Source of the DNA: Acinetobacter phage Acj61 | Direction: 5' to 3' (one strand) | Sequence record: GU911519.1 | DNA: 64,000 nt | Part shown: positions 49,282 to 58,733 of the stretch, in pieces | How positions within the stretch are numbered: the first letter of the stretch is position 1 | Layout: the number at the start of each line of letters is the position of its first letter | Notes under the pieces: generated by a model | The model's input: the letters and a program-made list of their open reading frames with translations, nothing else | Databases searched by the model: none | What the model was told of the DNA's origin: nothing | Position numbers and translations under genes: made by a program

Positions 49282-50190
49282 TTAGATTTCGTCAAGAAGA
49301 TCATCAAGTGAATCAGTTGCAGCAGGTTTAGTTTCAGCTGGTTGTTCAGCAGTTTGAGTTGGAGCGGCATTAAATTCAGCCATTTGAGAATCAAAGTTAT
49401 CCAATTCATCAGCTAATGCATCAGCTTGTTTTGCAGCGTTTGCAGCAGCTCCACCAGAAGCAGAAGTACCAAGAACAGCTTTAAATTCTTCGGTTAATTT
49501 ATCCAAAGGTTTGAATTGATCTGGAGAAGCGATAGTTGCAAGATCGAACATGTCGGCATCAAGTGTAGTTTGGAATGCTTCATCATCAATTTTTGGAATC
49601 GCAGTTTGCTTAGCGAATTTAGATTCGTCATAGTTACTGAATCCACCAACTTGTTTCACTTTAAGAACAAAGTTAGCACCATCCCATGGGCAAGTTACAT
49701 CAACTGGAGTTTCACCAACTGAAGTATCTACTTCAACCATTGCATTGATTTTGTCCATTACCTTTTGACCAAAACGATATTTGAACACTTTACCTTCATT
49801 TTCAGGAGTAGTTGGGTCTTTAACAACTAAGATGTTAGCCCAGAATGAAGTTTTGCGTTTGAATTTACCGTAAGCAGCTTTGTCAGTATTGTACAAGTCG
49901 TTTTCTGAAATGTGTTTACATACTGGGCAGTTATCGAAATCGCCATGAGTAGAAGAACAGTTTTCAGAGTAATATTTTTTGCCAGTACCTTTGAAGAAGT
50001 GATTTACCAATTTAACAAATGGTAGACCTTCAGCACCTTTACCAGGCAAGAAACGAATTAGAGCAGAACCATTACCTTGTGGGTCAAGAGCAAGTTTCCA
50101 TTCTTTACCATCAGCTTGATTGTAAGAATTACCACCTTTTAAAGATTGAAGTTGAGCTTGAAGTTGTGCAGGGTCTTTACGTTGAAACAT
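49282..50190 (-). CDS. gp32: single-stranded DNA-binding protein gp32
   Basis: 302 aa, versus 301 aa for T4 gp32. MFQRK...[22 protein letters not shown] aligns with T4 MFKRK...[21 protein letters not shown]. The C-terminus is acidic. Confidence 0.95.
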   Translation of the reverse strand: MFQRKDPAQLQAQLQSLKGGNSYNQADGKEWKLALDPQGNGSALIRFLPGKGAEGLPFVKLVNHFFKGTGKKYYSENCSSTHGDFDNCPVCKHISENDLYNTDKAAYGKFKRKTSFWANILVVKDPTTPENEGKVFKYRFGQKVMDKINAMVEVDTSVGETPVDVTCPWDGANFVLKVKQVGGFSNYDESKFAKQTAIPKIDDEAFQTTLDADMFDLATIASPDQFKPLDKLTEEFKAVLGTSASGGAAANAAKQADALADELDNFDSQMAEFNAAPTQTAEQPAETKPAATDSLDDLLDEI

Positions 50191-50338
50191 AATAATTTCC
50201 TTTGGAAGTTTTAAAAGATTTTGAAAGTTGTTTGATGTACGTTTCCGGTTACTACATTCAATTTGATGTACATCGATCAGAATGAATGTTTATTATATCA
50301 TAACAATTTTGAAGCAATCGTTATGATATTATTTATAC
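50191..50338 (-). promoter_or_regulatory. gp32 5' leader, a candidate translational autoregulatory operator
   Basis: A 148-nt untranslated leader ends in the A/U-rich unstructured tract AACUUUCAAAAUCUUUUAAAACUUCCAAAGGAAAUUAUU AUG, preceded by repeated GAUGUACAUC elements capable of pairing. Confidence 0.45.
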
Positions 50339-50989
50339 TCAATATTTCACCGACTTTATCGTTTCCATAAAGAGTTCTTTGCATTGATCGGAATCAACAA
50401 CAAAGAGTTTTCGATAGGCTTTGAGCCGTGTCGAGTATGATGACCAAATGATGTTATCGTGTTGATCATGGTTGTCGACGATATTCATAAAACTGTCAAG
50501 CATAACAAAGGTTTCAAATGAAATGATACCGCTTTGCAATAATTTGAAGATGTATGATGTTTGTACCTGTTCATTATATACAAAAATTTCTTTCAGCGCA
50601 CTGACTTCAACTTTCTTTGCAAAATAATAAATGTTCTTAACATCATCAGCAAATCTAGATTTCACAGCTTTCAGTCTTGCAAGATAGAGTTTGTAGAATT
50701 CGACGGCATCAGAATCACTGATCTCACCGATCCATGCGTTTTCGTTTGCGACTAAGTTGCTGATAAAAATCAAACAAAGTTCTTTAAGGCGATATTTCTG
50801 ACTAAGCTTTTCAAAGAAAAACTTGTCTCGACGACTGGCATATGATTTATCAGAAACATTCATATTCCAGTCGTACTTAACTACATCATATCGTCCATTG
50901 AAATGGTTTTTCAATTGAAGGTACAGTTTGTATACACTTTTACCATCAATGAATATATTGTTGTTTGGAGGCAACAATAATCTAACCAT
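50339..50989 (-). CDS. gp59: helicase-loading protein gp59
   Basis: 216 aa from the ATG at 50989, versus 217 aa for T4 gp59. IDGKSVYKLYLQLKNHFNGRYDVVKYDWNMNVSD aligns with T4 IDGKSVYKLYLMIKQHMNGKYDVIKYNWCMRVSD. The track N-terminal extension is rejected. Confidence 0.95.
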   Translation of the reverse strand: MVRLLLPPNNNIFIDGKSVYKLYLQLKNHFNGRYDVVKYDWNMNVSDKSYASRRDKFFFEKLSQKYRLKELCLIFISNLVANENAWIGEISDSDAVEFYKLYLARLKAVKSRFADDVKNIYYFAKKVEVSALKEIFVYNEQVQTSYIFKLLQSGIISFETFVMLDSFMNIVDNHDQHDNIIWSSYSTRLKAYRKLFVVDSDQCKELFMETIKSVKY

Positions 50990-51293
50990 ACATAAATTCC
51001 AATGAAGAATGAGTGTTGACCTTTGTCTGAGACGGACGCAATAATCCATCTTCAACAGTTTCGATTTTGATTTTTTCAATTATTGTTGAAGGAACATATT
51101 TCGAGAACTGATTCTCTGGTATAGATCGTTCTTCCATCCATTGACTCGTTGCTTCGAGATATGTCATCCCTTGTGCAACGTACTCATCAATTTCTGCTGC
51201 AGCCTGTTGTTTATCGACTGCATCAAGAATTGCTTTGTGAGTAGGTTGTTCGGGCTCAAGGCCCGATTCATCACTTAGTAAAAACTGCGTCAT
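50982..51293 (-). CDS. gp33: late transcription accessory protein gp33
   Basis: 104 aa from the ATG at 51293. MTQFLLSDESGLEPEQ...GMTYLEATSQWMEERSIPENQFSKYVPSTIIEKI aligns with T4 gp33 MTQFSLNDIRPVDETGLSE...GMSYLEATTAFLEENSIPETQFAKFIPSGIIEKI. Confidence 0.9.
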   Translation of the reverse strand: MTQFLLSDESGLEPEQPTHKAILDAVDKQQAAAEIDEYVAQGMTYLEATSQWMEERSIPENQFSKYVPSTIIEKIKIETVEDGLLRPSQTKVNTHSSLEFMYG

Positions 51294-51537
51294 AATCTTC
51301 CAATACCTCTTCCGATGCATTTTCAAATTCTTCACGTTGATCTTTGTGATACATGTTCAACATTTTATTGAACTTACCACCTGGATATCCGAGTTCATCT
51401 TGAGCAGTTTTACGCAGTTCACGAATTGCTTCATTTGCACTTTCGATGATAGCACGATGATCAGAGCATTGCTTGATGATGTGATGAAGCTGTTCACCAT
51501 GTACCGCTGCGTTATATTCTACTTTCTCTTTAGCCAT
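51271..51537 (-). CDS. dsbA: dsDNA-binding protein DsbA
   Basis: 88 aa, versus 89 aa for T4 DsbA. It lies between rnh and gp33 as in T4. Confidence 0.8.
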   Translation of the reverse strand: MAKEKVEYNAAVHGEQLHHIIKQCSDHRAIIESANEAIRELRKTAQDELGYPGGKFNKMLNMYHKDQREEFENASEEVLEDYDAVFTK

Positions 51538-51613
51538 TTGAAGCTCCTCAATTAAATTAACTGGATTTGAATAAATTTGATAAGACCATTATATCACTTC
51601 CTTGTGATAGCAA

Positions 51614-52681
51614 TCAGAATTGATTGATGTCCTTTAACAATTTTGACATGCCTGATTTCACGAAGTAACCATACATTTTTCCACGAGGCGCAGGCTTGTA
51701 GTTTTTGTACGTTTCGAGAATTGCATCAACCATATCCTGACGAATGTAATCAAAGTCAATCAAGACTCGATTCTGTTTGAAACGAATGAACTGAGCATCA
51801 GCAATGAACTTACCGAGTTTTTCATTGTCGTTGATAAATGGTTCAAAATCTTCAGATTTCAGGCCTTGTAACTTGATGAGTTTGAGAGCTTCAGTCACAC
51901 CGTGTTTCTTATGTCCAACTTTCTTCATAACTTCTGCATGAATAGTTTCATACACTTGCTCGTCAGTTTTGCCGACCATTGCTTCGATATAACTTGTCGA
52001 TGTCGGAGGAGTACGTTCAACATCGACTTCATAATTCAACCAGAAATCACCACGAACTTTAATCGCTGCAACACAGTCTTTTCGGTCGCCTTTAAGAATT
52101 TTGACCATACAATCCATTTCTGGAGACTTAGTCTTAACTTTGACGAATTTTTTCTGCATCGGTGAATATTGATCTACATCTTGTAACTTGTGAAGTTGCG
52201 TGAAGTCACCATCTGATGAAATGATACGAACTTTGAAATTACCAGTTGTCGTTAGGTATTTTGCTAAAACTGCAATACAGTCATCGGCCTCAGCATGATT
52301 GACATCTAAGACAATGTATGGCATGTAGTCTTTCAACTCTTGAATTGTGGTCGATAGACCTTCGAAATAACCATCCCAATCGAAAGTTTCTGCTGACTCT
52401 TCACGAGCGATAGCACGATTTCGTTTGTAATAATCTTGTTCTTGGCGTCGCCAATACCCGTAACGGGCGTTATCAACACAGATCACTACTTTGTTGAAGC
52501 CTTCATTTTTGAATTTGAATGCATTGTGCTTTAAGGTACTCAAAATCATATGTCGTACTTCATGAACTGTGAATTTCATTCCAGGTTCGTATGTTTGCAT
52601 CACTGTCGCTAATGCGATCTGTGATAAATCGACAAGAAGAACGCCTTCTTTGTCATCGAATAAATGATCTAAATTCATCAT
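51614..52681 (-). CDS. rnh: RNase H (5'-3' exonuclease / flap endonuclease)
   Basis: 355 aa, versus 305 aa for T4 Rnh. KEGVLLVDLSQIALATV, VICVDNARYGYWRR, IISSDGDFTQLHK and ILKGDRKD align with T4 RNase H. Confidence 0.9.
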   Translation of the reverse strand: MMNLDHLFDDKEGVLLVDLSQIALATVMQTYEPGMKFTVHEVRHMILSTLKHNAFKFKNEGFNKVVICVDNARYGYWRRQEQDYYKRNRAIAREESAETFDWDGYFEGLSTTIQELKDYMPYIVLDVNHAEADDCIAVLAKYLTTTGNFKVRIISSDGDFTQLHKLQDVDQYSPMQKKFVKVKTKSPEMDCMVKILKGDRKDCVAAIKVRGDFWLNYEVDVERTPPTSTSYIEAMVGKTDEQVYETIHAEVMKKVGHKKHGVTEALKLIKLQGLKSEDFEPFINDNEKLGKFIADAQFIRFKQNRVLIDFDYIRQDMVDAILETYKNYKPAPRGKMYGYFVKSGMSKLLKDINQF

Positions 52682-52955
52682 GAACTCCGTTCGTTAATGT
52701 TGGTACCATTATATTATACTACGCATTAAGCAATAAATAAATACAAGATAATCGAATCTTTTGTGCACAGCACAAACTGCGCAGCAGACAGTCTATCTGA
52801 CCGAACAGATAAATTAGAGCGGATGAAGCAGCTGAAGCTATTATAACATATCAAAAATATTAAGCCCTAGCTTTGTCGGTTTGATCGATCAAATTTTAAT
52901 CACACACAGATACGATCACATTTAATAAATAGTTCATATACTAAAAGGAACTCAC

Positions 52956-55900
52956 ATGTCTGAATTAATCAAAACCAAATTCCGTGCATCATATGGTCTC
53001 GATGCAGCAGGTGAGAAAGTTGTAAACGTTGCATTGGCTGATCGTACAGTGATGACCGATGGCGTTAACGTTGCATATCTCATCCAAGAAAATACTCTTC
53101 AAAAGTATGACCCAACACGTTCATACCCAGAAGGATTTGCTGTCATCTACCAAAACCGTACATGGACAGCAGTACGTGATACGCCTAACCCAGCTGGCCC
53201 ATTCGATGAATTGTACTGGAAAGCTCTTCGTAGTGACCCAAAATGGATTCCAATCAATGCAGGTGTTCGTGCTTTAGAAGTAGGTAACTACATCGCAGTC
53301 GACACCGCTCCAGGCAACGATGTTGAACTAACACTCCCATCCAATGCACAAACAGGCGATACCATTGTTGTCAAAGATATTGGTGGTCGTACAGGTTATG
53401 CTTCAGTAATCATCAAAGCTGGTCAACAATCGATTATCGATCGTGGTAAGCAACTTCAACAAGCACAAATGACAGTTCCTTACTCAGAATATGTGTTTGT
53501 CTTCGTAAATCGTTTATGGCACTTATACAACGGCTCAGAAGCTGATGGTGTCAAATATGTCACTACAGCAGGTTTAGGTGAACTCCAAGCATCAGACGTA
53601 GTTGTTCGTCAATATGATCGCTTGCAGCCAATCAAAGTGCGTTTCCCTAAGTATGCTAATTCTGGTGACATTATCTATTTCATGGGTATGAATAACATCA
53701 ATGCTTTAGAACCATACTACCACTTAGAACTTGAAACTGCTGATGCTAACTCAAGTATCTTTGAACCGGGTGTGAAATCTCGAGTTATCTATCGTTCATT
53801 GAGTGGTTACTTCGTATTCGATTCTTCAACCAAAACTTGGATTCTATTTGACAGCGACACAACAGATCGTCTTCGTACCGTTTCAGGCGACACAAACTTG
53901 TTCCCGAACGAGACTGTTTCTGTAGTAGGCACAAATAACACAGACCCATCTTCATTGACTTTGACTCTTCCAAAGAATGTTGATGCTGGTGCTCAGATCA
54001 CAGTTGCATTGAATTATATGCGTCGTGGTCAAACTGTAAACATTGCTACACTTGCTCCTGACATGATCTTGACAAGTAAAGAATTGATGCAGTTCCCTAA
54101 ACGTTCAAAATATCCGCCAGAAGGCAACTGGGTCAACACAAATAAATTGACTTTCAACGGTGCTGCTGATTATCCACCAATCATCACATTCGCTTATATC
54201 CCTATGGGACCAGTAGGTGCTCCACCAGTTCTTGGTCAATGGATGGTTGTAGAAAACGTTCCACAGTTAGAACGTGTTGACCCATCAACTGATGCTACTC
54301 GTGCTCGTTTAGGTGTTATCGCATTAGCGACTCAAGACCAAGCAAACTTGAATCATGAAGACATCACTGATGCATCTCGTGAAATTGCTATCACACCAGA
54401 AACTTTAGCGAATCGTACAGCGAATAAAACTCGTCGCGGTATTGCTCGAATTTCAACTGATGCAGAGAATCAATATCCAACTAATGACTCACGTTATTTA
54501 GACGATGTTATTGTAACTCCAAAAATGTTGAATAACAAGCAAGCTACTGAAATCATGCGTGGTATTGCTGAAATCGCTGATCAAGGTGAAGCGAATGGTT
54601 CAACTGATGATGCACGAATCATCACAGCTAAGAAATTAGATGCTCGACGTGCTAACCCTGACATGGCTGGTGTAGCTCCGGTTGTACGTGCAGGCGGTGC
54701 ACCTGTAACAGGCACAGGTAAGACTCGTGATGATAAAGGTACATTGATTTATGATTTTGATGACTACTCAAATATCGTAACTCCAAAAACTCTTCGTGAA
54801 TACATTGCTACCACATTATCTCTTGGTTCTGTGTACATTGCTACAAATGCCGAAGTTATCGCTGGAACAGCTACAGATGCTAAGCATCCTATCGTTGTTA
54901 CACCTGCTGATTTGCATTCAAAAACTGCTACAGAAGCTCGAATTGGTTTCTCTGAAATTGCTACACAAGATGAAACGAATGCTGGTACCGATGACTTCCG
55001 ATTCATCACTCCAAGGAAACTTGCTGGACGTGGTTCATCAGAAACAATGACAGGCGTCGTTCGAATTGCTACACAAGGTGAATTCGATGCAGGTGTTCTT
55101 GACAACGTATTCAGTTCTCCATTGAAAGTTAAGACTCATTTTAACTCAACTGCACGTACAACTGTTGATCAAACTTCTGGTCTTCGTGAATCTGGTACAT
55201 TATGGGGACAATATTCTCTTAATATCCTTCAATCAACTGAAGCTCAACGTGGTTCATTACGAGTTGCTTCACAAGCATTGACTGATGCAGGTGTTGATGA
55301 CCTGACCGCTGTGACTCCTAAAAAGTTACAAGCTAAGAAAGCGACAGAAGCTGTTGAAGGTATTGTACAAATCGCTGATAACGCTGTTACTGCAGCTGGT
55401 GCATCAAACAGCCGTGCTGTGAGTCCACAAAGTCTCAAATACGTGATGCAAGATCATATTGACTGGGAAGCTACTACAACTCGTCGTGGTACAGTTAAGA
55501 TGACTGAAGGCGCATTGACTTGGTCAGGTAACGATACACAGGGTAACACAAAACCTGTCGATCAGTTCTTCAAGTCAGGTTATGCAATTTCACCATTTGA
55601 ATTCATCTCAACATTGTCTCATTACTTGCCTATCAAAGGTAAAGCATTTGATTCTGATTTGTTAGATGGAATTGACAGTACTCAATTCATTCGTCGTGAT
55701 ATTGATCAAGTTGTTGATGGAGCTTTGACTCTTAATAAGACATTGACTACTAAGAATGTAGTTGCTAGTGGTAACTCTACAGTTACAATAGGCACAACTG
55801 GTTCTGGTGTATTAAATGACGATCAAGATAAATTGTTATTGACTCCGCCTACTCACACAGCAGGTCCTTGGAAATTTGCTATCAACGATGGCGCATTAAG

Positions 55901-56810
55901 TACTTTGAAAATCAAGTATGGTGCAACAGCAACTCCGGTTGAATTTGGTTCTGAAGGCGATACAAAATTCAATGGCAATGTAACCATTAGCAAAGCGTTA
56001 AATGTTGGAACTACATTAACTGTAACAAACAACATCAACACAGCTTCTGGGTTATATGCAATCAACAGCAAACCTGTTGTTCAAATCGCATCTAACGTAT
56101 CAACGTTTGGCGACACATCCATTTCTACTTCTATTCGGAGCTCAGATGCTAATGCTATAACTGCGGTCGATGGAACTGGTGGATATGTTATTGTAACATC
56201 AAAGAATATGCAGACTCAATTGAATCCACTTTACGTTCGACGTGATGGGTCAACAATGAGTGGTCGTTTGACAAGTACAGCACCTTCTGTATTTGCTATC
56301 CCGCAAACTTCTGCTGCTATTCGTGATCCGCTGGATGCCTCAAACTTTGGTACATGGACTACTGAGATCACAACAGACACACTCTACAAGCAATTACCGG
56401 GGTATGTCGTTCCAGTTCCAGACTTGAACAATGATACTGGTGAGCCAACAGGCTTCATCAAAGAGTACAAAGAATTTGCAGGTCCTGGTACTCTGTCTCA
56501 ATTCGGTTCAAGCGCTTCAAATGGTTCCGGTACATATCAAATGTGGGCTCCACGTCCAACAGTTACGACTGATAACCACCAAGCTCAGACATTCTACATG
56601 CGTTCTTGGAACACAGTTAAAGGTCAATTTGATGGATGGGGACGAGTGTATACTTCGAACAACCCACCAACAGCAAATGAAATTGGTGCTATGTCTGATA
56701 ATGGTTCAATCTTCTCTTCATTGAAGATTCGTGATTGGATTCAAATCGGTAATGTACGCATCTATGCTGACCCATTATCTCGTTCAGTTAAATTTGACTG
56801 GATTGATTAA
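52956..56810 (+). CDS. gp34: long tail fibre proximal subunit gp34
   Basis: 1284 aa, versus 1289 aa for T4 gp34. It contains eight or more reiterated (V/I)TP(K/E)xLxx(K/R)xAT...G(I/V)xxIAT repeats, shared with gp12. Confidence 0.9.
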   Translation: MSELIKTKFRASYGLDAAGEKVVNVALADRTVMTDGVNVAYLIQENTLQKYDPTRSYPEGFAVIYQNRTWTAVRDTPNPAGPFDELYWKALRSDPKWIPINAGVRALEVGNYIAVDTAPGNDVELTLPSNAQTGDTIVVKDIGGRTGYASVIIKAGQQSIIDRGKQLQQAQMTVPYSEYVFVFVNRLWHLYNGSEADGVKYVTTAGLGELQASDVVVRQYDRLQPIKVRFPKYANSGDIIYFMGMNNINALEPYYHLELETADANSSIFEPGVKSRVIYRSLSGYFVFDSSTKTWILFDSDTTDRLRTVSGDTNLFPNETVSVVGTNNTDPSSLTLTLPKNVDAGAQITVALNYMRRGQTVNIATLAPDMILTSKELMQFPKRSKYPPEGNWVNTNKLTFNGAADYPPIITFAYIPMGPVGAPPVLGQWMVVENVPQLERVDPSTDATRARLGVIALATQDQANLNHEDITDASREIAITPETLANRTANKTRRGIARISTDAENQYPTNDSRYLDDVIVTPKMLNNKQATEIMRGIAEIADQGEANGSTDDARIITAKKLDARRANPDMAGVAPVVRAGGAPVTGTGKTRDDKGTLIYDFDDYSNIVTPKTLREYIATTLSLGSVYIATNAEVIAGTATDAKHPIVVTPADLHSKTATEARIGFSEIATQDETNAGTDDFRFITPRKLAGRGSSETMTGVVRIATQGEFDAGVLDNVFSSPLKVKTHFNSTARTTVDQTSGLRESGTLWGQYSLNILQSTEAQRGSLRVASQALTDAGVDDLTAVTPKKLQAKKATEAVEGIVQIADNAVTAAGASNSRAVSPQSLKYVMQDHIDWEATTTRRGTVKMTEGALTWSGNDTQGNTKPVDQFFKSGYAISPFEFISTLSHYLPIKGKAFDSDLLDGIDSTQFIRRDIDQVVDGALTLNKTLTTKNVVASGNSTVTIGTTGSGVLNDDQDKLLLTPPTHTAGPWKFAINDGALSTLKIKYGATATPVEFGSEGDTKFNGNVTISKALNVGTTLTVTNNINTASGLYAINSKPVVQIASNVSTFGDTSISTSIRSSDANAITAVDGTGGYVIVTSKNMQTQLNPLYVRRDGSTMSGRLTSTAPSVFAIPQTSAAIRDPLDASNFGTWTTEITTDTLYKQLPGYVVPVPDLNNDTGEPTGFIKEYKEFAGPGTLSQFGSSASNGSGTYQMWAPRPTVTTDNHQAQTFYMRSWNTVKGQFDGWGRVYTSNNPPTANEIGAMSDNGSIFSSLKIRDWIQIGNVRIYADPLSRSVKFDWID

Positions 56811-56820
56811 GGAGTAATCA

Positions 56821-57972
56821 ATGGCTGAAACACTAATGATGAACGTTGATAAAGATCTTATCAGCGTTCGCATGGTGTCAGAATCAAATTCTGTCGCCTA
56901 TAAAATGAACATTGGAGTGCCTTCTTCAGGAAATCCTAAGAATGCATATTTGAAAATCAATGACAAAGAATTGCACAGTTCACCTGGTTCTGTTACATCA
57001 TCAACAGGCTTGAACATTCGAACATTCAATACTCCCGATAAATGGAATGAAGTTAAAAATTTCACATTGAGTTCTAATGACGCTTCGACAATCAATACAG
57101 GTTTTATTGACTATATGAATAGCGTTACTGATAAACTTGTTGTGATTTATTCAGGAACAGCACTTCGATCTAGCGCTCGAATCGATGATTGGTTTGCTAG
57201 TGTTAGTTCAAAGAACTGGCCTGGTGCTGATCGATGTAATCGATTTAGTTTTACGTACATCGGATTGTACTCACCTTCTAAACGAAAAATTATTGCCGAA
57301 GCTTACAAAGGCTACCATGATTTATTGCCAAACGATTCATTCAATACTCTCGAAGTTGTGTATGATTCATTAGATGACATTGGTGCTGTTGGATTTGCTA
57401 AAAGTGCAGTGTATGATTCTAAAGAGTACGTGACGACATCAGAATATGAATTCGTTCGATATCCTACTGATGCTGGTCTTGTAGCTCCACTTGCGGATTA
57501 TGGACTTCGTCCTAACTCGCTTGTTATGTTGTCAGGTGAATTATTTCAAAGTGCTGAACTTGTTGCAGCAGGACTTGTTACACGTCTGAATGTTCGATGG
57601 TATCGTGGTACTACTTTACGAGATTCATTTTCCATCTCGCCTCCTGTTGATGTCAAAGAGACTTGGTGGAAAATGCCAGACACGTTCTTGAATATCCCAG
57701 CTGACGCAGATGGATTCACTATCGTTGCAGCTCGATATCCTCGAAATGATGCATTAAATGCATTAGCTGGTATCAAGAACATTGCACTTACAGAAGTTGG
57801 TCGTAAAGATGAGAAATCTACCCCAGCATCGATTGGCGTTAATGGTATCAAAACCAACAATCTCGTTGAAGGTACAAATGCTCCTATGTTATTACAACTT
57901 GTTGACCCAGAAACATTCGCAGTCAATAATGTCCCTGTGGTAGCACTACGAGAACTTGAACTAGAGTACTAG
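56821..57972 (+). CDS. gp35: long tail fibre hinge connector gp35
   Basis: 383 aa, versus 372 aa for T4 gp35. An AAGGAG RBS precedes it and synteny supports it. Confidence 0.8.
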   Translation: MAETLMMNVDKDLISVRMVSESNSVAYKMNIGVPSSGNPKNAYLKINDKELHSSPGSVTSSTGLNIRTFNTPDKWNEVKNFTLSSNDASTINTGFIDYMNSVTDKLVVIYSGTALRSSARIDDWFASVSSKNWPGADRCNRFSFTYIGLYSPSKRKIIAEAYKGYHDLLPNDSFNTLEVVYDSLDDIGAVGFAKSAVYDSKEYVTTSEYEFVRYPTDAGLVAPLADYGLRPNSLVMLSGELFQSAELVAAGLVTRLNVRWYRGTTLRDSFSISPPVDVKETWWKMPDTFLNIPADADGFTIVAARYPRNDALNALAGIKNIALTEVGRKDEKSTPASIGVNGIKTNNLVEGTNAPMLLQLVDPETFAVNNVPVVALRELELEY

Positions 57973-57989
57973 GGACTTCGGTCCCTTTG
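57971..57989 (+). terminator. hairpin AGGGAC ttcg GTCCCT after gp35
   Basis: A tetraloop stem is followed by TTGTGG. Confidence 0.5.
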
Positions 57990-58025
57990 TGGTATGCATA
58001 AATAAAAAATATAAGAGGATAAATT

Positions 58026-58724
58026 ATGGCTGAGTTAAAAACAGGCACAACGATTGGTGGTACACTCGTTTGGACCCAGGGAAATTTCCCATTGTATCCT
58101 ACAGGGAATACACTTCTTTATAAGAGTTACATGATCTATTCTGAGTTCAACAAACCTCAGGCTGTAGACAATGACTTTGTATCAAAGGCTAATGGCGGTA
58201 CATATGGCGCAGCTCTGAATGCTAAATCACTAGGCATTACGAACACTGTTGGCAATGGGCAAGGTCTTAGCTTACATAACGGCGCTACTGATGGCGAACC
58301 AAACAATGGTATCCATTTTAGTAAGACCGCAGGACCTGCTGGTGGTAAGCACTCGTACGACAATATTACTTCGGATTGGGCTACGTATTTCAAGCATGAT
58401 GCTGCATATCCATGGAATTTCAAAGTCGGCAGTAATGTCGTGGCTTATGTTTCTGGTAATGGCACAATTGTTGGGTCTCAAATGGTATCAATGCTCGGCG
58501 CTATCAACCCAGAACACCTTACACGAAAAGATTATGTTGACTCATTAATAAATACTACTACAAACAACGCTAACTCACGAGTTCTTAAAGCTGGTGATAC
58601 AATGACAGGTACTCTGGTAACACCAGCAGTCGAGCTCAAAGCCGAAGCAGCAAATCCACTTCATGCAGCTCGTTTGAGCCAAGTCATTGTTAAAGGCACA
58701 GTACTAGATTACGGCGAATTTTAA
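58026..58724 (+). CDS. gp36: long tail fibre distal connector gp36
   Basis: 232 aa, versus 221 aa for T4 gp36. It is supported by synteny. Confidence 0.8.
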   Translation: MAELKTGTTIGGTLVWTQGNFPLYPTGNTLLYKSYMIYSEFNKPQAVDNDFVSKANGGTYGAALNAKSLGITNTVGNGQGLSLHNGATDGEPNNGIHFSKTAGPAGGKHSYDNITSDWATYFKHDAAYPWNFKVGSNVVAYVSGNGTIVGSQMVSMLGAINPEHLTRKDYVDSLINTTTNNANSRVLKAGDTMTGTLVTPAVELKAEAANPLHAARLSQVIVKGTVLDYGEF

Positions 58725-58733
58725 GGAATAATT

